From Octopus sinensis (Eukaryota), in contig NC_043006.1 in assembly GCF_006345805.1 (NCBI RefSeq), positions 71,982,001 through 72,046,000 on the forward strand: a DNA stretch of 64,000 nucleotides, read 5' to 3'. Shown one piece after another: positions 54,203-61,800 of this stretch (positions are counted from its first letter, which is position 1; each line of letters opens with the position of its first letter). The notes beneath the pieces are model-generated. The model worked only from the letters and a program-made list of their open reading frames with translations, made no database searches and was not told the origin of the DNA. A program made the position numbers and the translations under genes.

Positions 54203-57200
54203 CACACACACACTTTCATTGACATCTGTGTTGATCATTAATGTCTCTCTTGTGTACACAGCTGCCAGTGAATTACTCATCCTCAGTCTAGATTTGGTCA
54301 AGAACAGAGTCGGGGTTCTCAGTATTGAAATGCGTAAGAGTTTCATTGGCAACATCTTGGTATGTCTCATAGAAAAGACTTCAGACCCGAAAGTGGTAAA
54401 AGCAATAACTAAAATGGTTGAAGACTGGGTTAAAACAAAGGTAAGGCCACTATTGCTGCTGCTTGTGGATATCACGTCATACGTTTTTTTGTCTCTTTAT
54501 GTCTTAGTGTGTGCATGTGTTTATGTATGTGTAAATTCATATGGGTAAAAAATGGATAAGGTTTGTAGTGTATGTGTGTGAAAGAGAGAGAGAGAGAGCT
54601 ATTCTGCTTTGTAGGGAGATAGTTTGTTGAACATGAGAGAGCGTCTGCTGTGCATGTGAGTATAAATGAAAGAGGGTGAGTCTTTTGCATATGTGAGTGT
54701 GAAAGAGAGATAGGGTTCATGTGTGTACATGCAAGATAATGTACTTGTGTGTGTGTGTAATTCTACTGATGTGTTTGGCTACCTTTAAATATCAGTGGAT
54801 GTATATTATACGTTGTGTCTATGTAACGGTTGGTATCCCCAACATCACTTTATTGTGTTTGTTATCATTTCATGTACCACTTCTAATGTGACATATGCAT
54901 CCATGCCTCACACTCGCTTTAATACCTGTGTATCAATTGTGATACGCAGTACATTTTTCCTGGTATCCATGCCGCATGTATAATGCACACTCATGATTTT
55001 TGTTTAAACCACCAGAGTAATCTGGGACTTATGAAAGAAAGGGCTAATTAAAAGTCTAAAAACAAACATGGATGTTTAGGACTAACTTTGGAAAATGCTT
55101 TGGACAGGCAAAGGATTACAGAAAAGATCACACCCCAGTCTGCATGTACCTGTGCAGACATATAATGAACCTTGACCCATGGAAGTCTTCATCAGTTTTT
55201 CTATATTGCCTGCATCTGGAATATTGGCCTTCACCGTTGGTCTAGCTTCTCCTGGGTCACCTTATCTCTGATACTCAACAATCTTTTTCAAAGTTAAATC
55301 TTTTACACTTGTAACATATATTTCCCTACCCTGTTCTCTTCTTTGCTTCATTCTCTTGTCTTTTACTTCCAGACACCCATTGCTATCAACCAGTCTCCAT
55401 CAATACGAGAAAAGGCCATTCTCTTGTGCAAGCTGATGGTTCATGTTGAGCGCAGATTTCCTGAAGATGTCGAACTAAATGCACAATTCCTGGAATTGGT
55501 TAACCACATCTACAGGTAGCTATGTACTCATTTAATATACCTGTCCATCTACTTGCTTTTTCCTCTTTCTATCCTTCCCTCTCTCTTCTTCCTCTCTCCC
55601 CCTCCTCTCTCCTCTTTCCACGTCCCCTCTCCCCCCCCCCTTCCCCCTCTTTCTCACCCCTCCCCTCCCTCTTTTCTCCCCCCTCCCTCTTTTCTCCCCC
55701 CTCCCTCTTTTCTCCCCTCTTCCTCTCTCCCCCTATCCCCCCTCACATTTCTTTTTTCTCCTCTCTTTCACCCCTTCCCCCTGTCTCTCCTATTGATCCA
55801 TTCTACCAGTGTACAGTATTTCTAGTTTCTCTAATCTGTGACACCTTCCTACCACATGACATTAGGAGAACAGAAGGACTATATTCTCTCACATCCCATC
55901 CAATATCTCCTATCCATACTTAAGACTGCAGGGTATGATTTGAGGGGAAATGTGGTGTTTTAAATAAGTATTCCCAGTATAATGTCACATTGATATGTTT
56001 CCTTTCAGAGATGAGAGTTTGGCTGGCAGTGAACTCACCTCTAAGCTAGAACAAGCCTTCCTTGCAGGCCTCAGATGCAACCAGCATAATATTAGACAGA
56101 AATTTGTTGAGGTAGGTTCACTACTTCACTCTGCTCTTCATATGTCTTATGACTCTGTGTCTGTGTGCTTGATGGATGTGATTTTTATGTGTGCATTTTG
56201 TGTGTGTGTAAGTATGTACATTTGTCCATATGTACACATGTATGTTTGTTTGTTTGTTTTTTCGTATGTATGTATGCAAATATATGTATATGTCTGTATA
56301 TACGTGTTTGTATGTGTGTGTACATATATAATCATCATCATTTAGTGTGTTTTTCATCCTGGCATGAGTTAGACGGTTTGGCTGGGACTGGTAAGCCAAA
56401 GAGCTGCACCATGCTCTTGTCTGTTTTGGCTTGATCTCTACAGCTGGATGCCGTTCCTAACACCAAGCACTCCACAGAGTGTACAGGGTCCCTTCTATGT
56501 GTCATTGGCACAAGTGCTTCCTACATGTCACTGGCATGGGTACCATTTAAGTGTCACCAGCACAGGTGCCTTTTATGTGTCACTGGCATGATCGAGATGC
56601 AAACTTCTTATATTGCTTCCTCACCATGTGGTTTCAGGTTCAGTCTTACTGTATGGCTTCTTAGGCAATTTTCTTCTCTCAAAGCCTTGTGAATGGATTT
56701 GATTGACAGAAACTGAAAGAAGCCTACTGTATTTGTATGTATGTGTGTATGTGTATGTATGTATGTATGTATGAAGGATACACACGTAAGTACATACATA
56801 CAGTGACACGTATGTATGTATGTATGTATGTACGTACGTACATGTGTGTGTGTGTGTGTATCCTTCATCTTTACAGATGTTCATGGGCTGTAAATCATTT
56901 GTGGTGTCGGATAGTGTCGTTTGCTTGCAGTCCACTGTGAAAACATGTGCAGGTGTCATGACATGTGCAGACTTTGTAAACAAAAGACTCATTCATACAG
57001 TGTCAATTTGTTTCCAGTTTTCTATGTAAATATGTCTGGGATGTTTGTTGTTTGATAGCCTGGGAGATTGTTATTGCACTTGGAAACCAGTGTGGATCAG
57101 CATCAAGAAGTAATCTAGCAGTTGAAGAAGAACCTACACTAAGTTACTCTTGTCTTCTTTTAACATCTGCTTTTCCATTCTTCAAAAAGGAGACATTAAA

Positions 57201-57952
57201 ACAATGATGGTTATATCTATATATATAAAACTGTAGTTTTGTGAGGTCTGTCTCCTACGATTTAGATTCCAACCCTCCCACATTTTGCGGTGCAGTTTAA
57301 CCAAATTCGGGTATCTTATAGTCGTGATTAATATCGAGCCCGTCTGGCTTTAGCGCGTCTACGATGAGTCTACGATTTAAAAAATAATTTAACATCATTT
57401 TTTATTCCATTTTAATGCATAATTTTTCGTGTGTCGATGGCGGCGGAGTTGGCATTCACGCTCAACCCTGCACCTGTGTTTGCTCCCCCTTCTCCCTCCC
57501 TCGTGAAGGGAATTTAAGGAAATCAACATCGTAATGCGTTGTCAAGGAGCCAGCGTTCTTTTAGAACAACGACTTCATGGCTTGAAGACACCAAAACAGA
57601 AATGGCTAAGAAAGCCCGAATTGGCATCTATAAAGGAAGTAACTCTTAAAATGCTTATATAGTTATTTCCCTTACAAACCGAGCACGCGGGCGATACTGC
57701 TAGTTATATATATATGTTTGTGTGGAGTTGCATGGCTTAATGGTTGTGGTCTCAATTCCTGGTCTGGGCAATGTGTTGTATTCTTGAGCAAAGCTCTTCA
57801 TTTCATATTATTCCAGTCCACTCAGCTGGTAAAAATGAATAATCCTGTGATGAAACAGCAGCCCATCCAGTGGGGGGAATATATATATATATATATACCA
57901 GAGAAACTGGGAAATCAGCCCTATGATCCTTATGGAATAATGTGGACTAACC

Positions 57953-58002
<50 letters not shown>

Positions 58003-58853
58003 CACACGTACATGTGTGTGTACATGTATGTATAGTGTATGTGCTATCTTGTGTTGTTTACATTTACTCTCCTCTTTTGTAGGTATTTGATAAAAGTATG
58101 AGAAGACGTATATTTGATCGTCTCTTGTATATCAGCTGCTCTCAGAACTGGGAGCACATGCAAGGCCACTATTGGATCAAACAATGTATTGAGGTAAGGT
58201 GAATGTTTTCTGTTCTTCCTATCAACTTCTTTTCCCTTGACTCCAGTCAATGTCAACATAATTATAATTCTATGTTAAACATACCAAATTTAGTTGATGG
58301 TTCCAGTATGGCTTTGTGATTTCAGTCAAGGTGGTGGATGGTCATGTGTTTAAAACTTACTTGCTTTAATTACCTCTCGCAGCAATTAATGAGACAGATG
58401 AAAATAGGTTCCTCTCTCAGTTACATGGTTTGAACAGTTAGAACATACTAAAGACATTCAATTGTAAAAATATAAATTTTTACAAAAGCCTATCCTGTCC
58501 AAGGTAAAATGGATTGAAAACCTGCAAGATATTGCTGCAGGGTTAAGATGTTTGCTTCACAAGTATTTGGTTTCAGATTAGATTCCATTCACAGCACTTT
58601 GAGTATGTGGATCACTGGGGTTAAAGTAATTGACTTAGCCCCTCCCCTAAAAATAGCTGGCCCTATTCCAAAATTTGAAACCAATAATCCTTCTAACTGT
58701 TCATTTTCTGAGTTCAAATCCCACCAATCATTTTCACCTTTTATCCTTTTGGGGTCAGTAATATAAAGTATTAGTTCAGCACCTAAGTTGATGACTTTGA
58801 CAAACCATTCCCCTTCAAAGTTTCTTGCCTTATGTCTAGATCAGAAATGTATT

Positions 58854-58884
<31 letters not shown>

Positions 58885-61800
58885 CTGCTGCTGCTGTTGC
58901 TGCTACCGCAATGTGCTGGTAGAACTGTTAGCATGCCAGATAAAATGCCACAAAGCATTTTGTCCTTTAAATTCTGCATAAAGTGACTTTACTTTTCACA
59001 TTCCTTGAGAATAAGTACCAGCTGGGCACTGGGGTCGATTGTAATCTGATAAACTCCACCCCCAACATTTCAGGCCCACACTGGGCAAAATGCTTAGCGG
59101 CATTTCATCTGTCTTTATGTTCTGAGTTCAAATTCCAACAGGGTTGATGAAATAAATACCAGTGAAGTTCTAGGGTCAAAGTAGTTGACTAAACCCCCCC
59201 CAACATTTCAAACTTTTTGCTTATAGTAAAAAAGATTATTATTATTATTTTTGTTGTGGCCGTTGTTCTTTATTATTAATGTATTCTTTATTTCTAGCTA
59301 CTCTTGGCTGTAGCTGTCCCTAACCAACCCATTCAAAGTTTATCTCCAATGAGCCTTCTACCATCAATATGTTCAGTAATCAACATGGCTGACAGCCAGG
59401 AACGAGCTGCTTTCTCAACAATTCTCAAAATGAAAGAAGAAACTGTTGATATGGACGTTGTTGATGGCAACAAAGACGAGGTAAGGACCTTCTCAATATT
59501 TTACAAACACACACACACATATGCTTGTGCACAGGTACATGTGTATACGAGTTTTCTCTGAGATAAGTCCCAACATTTAATCATCCTCTAACAATACAGT
59601 GAATATTAAGTCTCCTTGCTCTGAAACCAGAAGTTCTTTGTTATTGTGGCTTATTACAATTGCTTGATTGAATTCTATGTTTATTAGTGTTTGTGTATAT
59701 ACACACACATGTAGATACTGTATTTAATGGAATAAAAAACACACAAGAGACATCCCAATTGCAGCAGTGCATATTTGAGAAAGACAGTTTTTATATTACA
59801 GGCTTTAGTCTGTAATATAGCCCTAACTTCACAAAAAGGACCTTGGTTGATTTTTTTTTTTAAGGGACACTTTTGGTGGAAAATGTGCATTTTATGTACT
59901 ACCAAATACATTAACACTTTTGTTACTGTATTTATTTTGAGATACTTTGTGCTTTTTTCAATTACTTTAAATATAACAAAGAATTTAGTAAAATAACTTG
60001 GTTACCATTCAGTTAGTGTTAGGAACATAAATTGTGACTAAGGTTTGGTGGAAGATTTTAATTCAAAACTTATGAAAACAAGGCATTTGTACTCAGAACC
60101 AGAGCTGGTTTCAGACAGGTTGGTATCAAAACGGTTAATTACATTATTTTTATTTTACTACTGCCCTAACTTTCATACACACATACACCATTGTATTCTA
60201 ATATCTCTCTCTTTCTCTTTTTATGTTTGTTTTGCTTTCACTCTCACTGTGTCTTTCTCACTGTAGGAGGAGATTGATATGGCATTGAATTCTGTGCCAA
60301 GTGAAGAATCCATTCCAAAAGATCATCAAAGACGAGACAATCAAGAAATGAAACAAAACCTTCCAGCACTTTTACAGCGTCAGTCCTTATTTCTAGAGCA
60401 GTTGAGAGAAGTCAAAGTAAGATGTATTTTTATTATCTCCTCTTCTTTAAGGCGGTGAGCTGTCAGTCGCCTGTGCTGGACAAAATGCCTAACAGCATCT
60501 GCTCTGGCTCTTTACATTTTGAGTTCAAACACCACCAATGTTGACTTTGCCTTTCATCCTTTCAGGGTTAGTTAAGTAAGTTCCAGTAGGGAGTTGATAC
60601 AATGGATGTAGTCCCTCCCCTCAGTTTTGTGGGACACAAGACAAACTCAATAAGGCTTTTTTTCCTTGATAAAATGCACTCAGTACACTTTGTAAATGGA
60701 GGTTGGTGTTCAGAAGGGCATCCAGCCATAGCAATAGTCCAAAATAGGATGTGTGATTGACATGTGGTCCTCTGATATGTGTAGGAGAGCAGTAACTTTT
60801 AATAAAAACTAGTTAGGAGTGTGAGAACTTATCTTAGTGTAGTAAGGGAGCATAAAAGGATGGAATAATCATCATCATCATCATCGTTTAATGTCCACTT
60901 TCCATGCTGGCATGGGTTGGATGGTTTGACTGAGGGCTGGCAAGCCAGAAGGCTGCACCAGGCTCCAATCTGATCTGGCAATGTTTCTACTGCTGGATGC
61001 CCTTTCTAATGCCAACCACTCCGAGAGAGTAGTGGGTGCTTTTACATGGCACCTGCACAGGCGCCAGTCTAGTGGCATTGGCAATGACCAGGCTCGAATG
61101 GTGTTTTTTATGTGCCACCGGCACAGGAGCCAGTCAGGCAACATTGGGTGAAATATATATTTATCTAAGTTTATAAATATGTGTGTATCTTTTATCTTGT
61201 TTCAGTCATAAGACTGTGGCCATGCTGGAGCACCACCTGAAAGGGTTTAGTTAAACAAATTGACCCTGGTATTTCTTTTAAGTCTGTACTTATTCTATTG
61301 GTTTCTTTTGCTGAACCACTAAGTTATGGGGACATATTCAAACCAATACCAGTTGTTAAAGTGGTGGTGGGATACACACACACATCAGACCTCCACATAG
61401 TTTTTGTCTAGTAAATTCACTTGCAAAGTATTGGCTGACCTGGTGGTGTTATAATAGAAAACACTTGCTAAAGGTGCCATGCAGTGGGATTGAACCTGAA
61501 ACCACATGCTTGCAATGTGAGCGTCTTAAGCACACAACCAAACTAATCCTACACACACACAAACACACACATATATATATGTCTTTTATAGCTACAGTTT
61601 TAGCTATTGACACCTCTAGTCTGAGTAATTCCATCAGTAATTGTTGAAACTATACTGATGTTTAGTTGAATAAGGAAGGGAGCTTGTTTGTATCTGATTT
61701 TGATTTTTTTTCTGTCTTTCTGTATAAATTTTTCCTCTTCTTGTAAGATATTCCACATTCTGTGTTTTTACTTCATTCTGTAATTTTTGTTATTCTCTCG

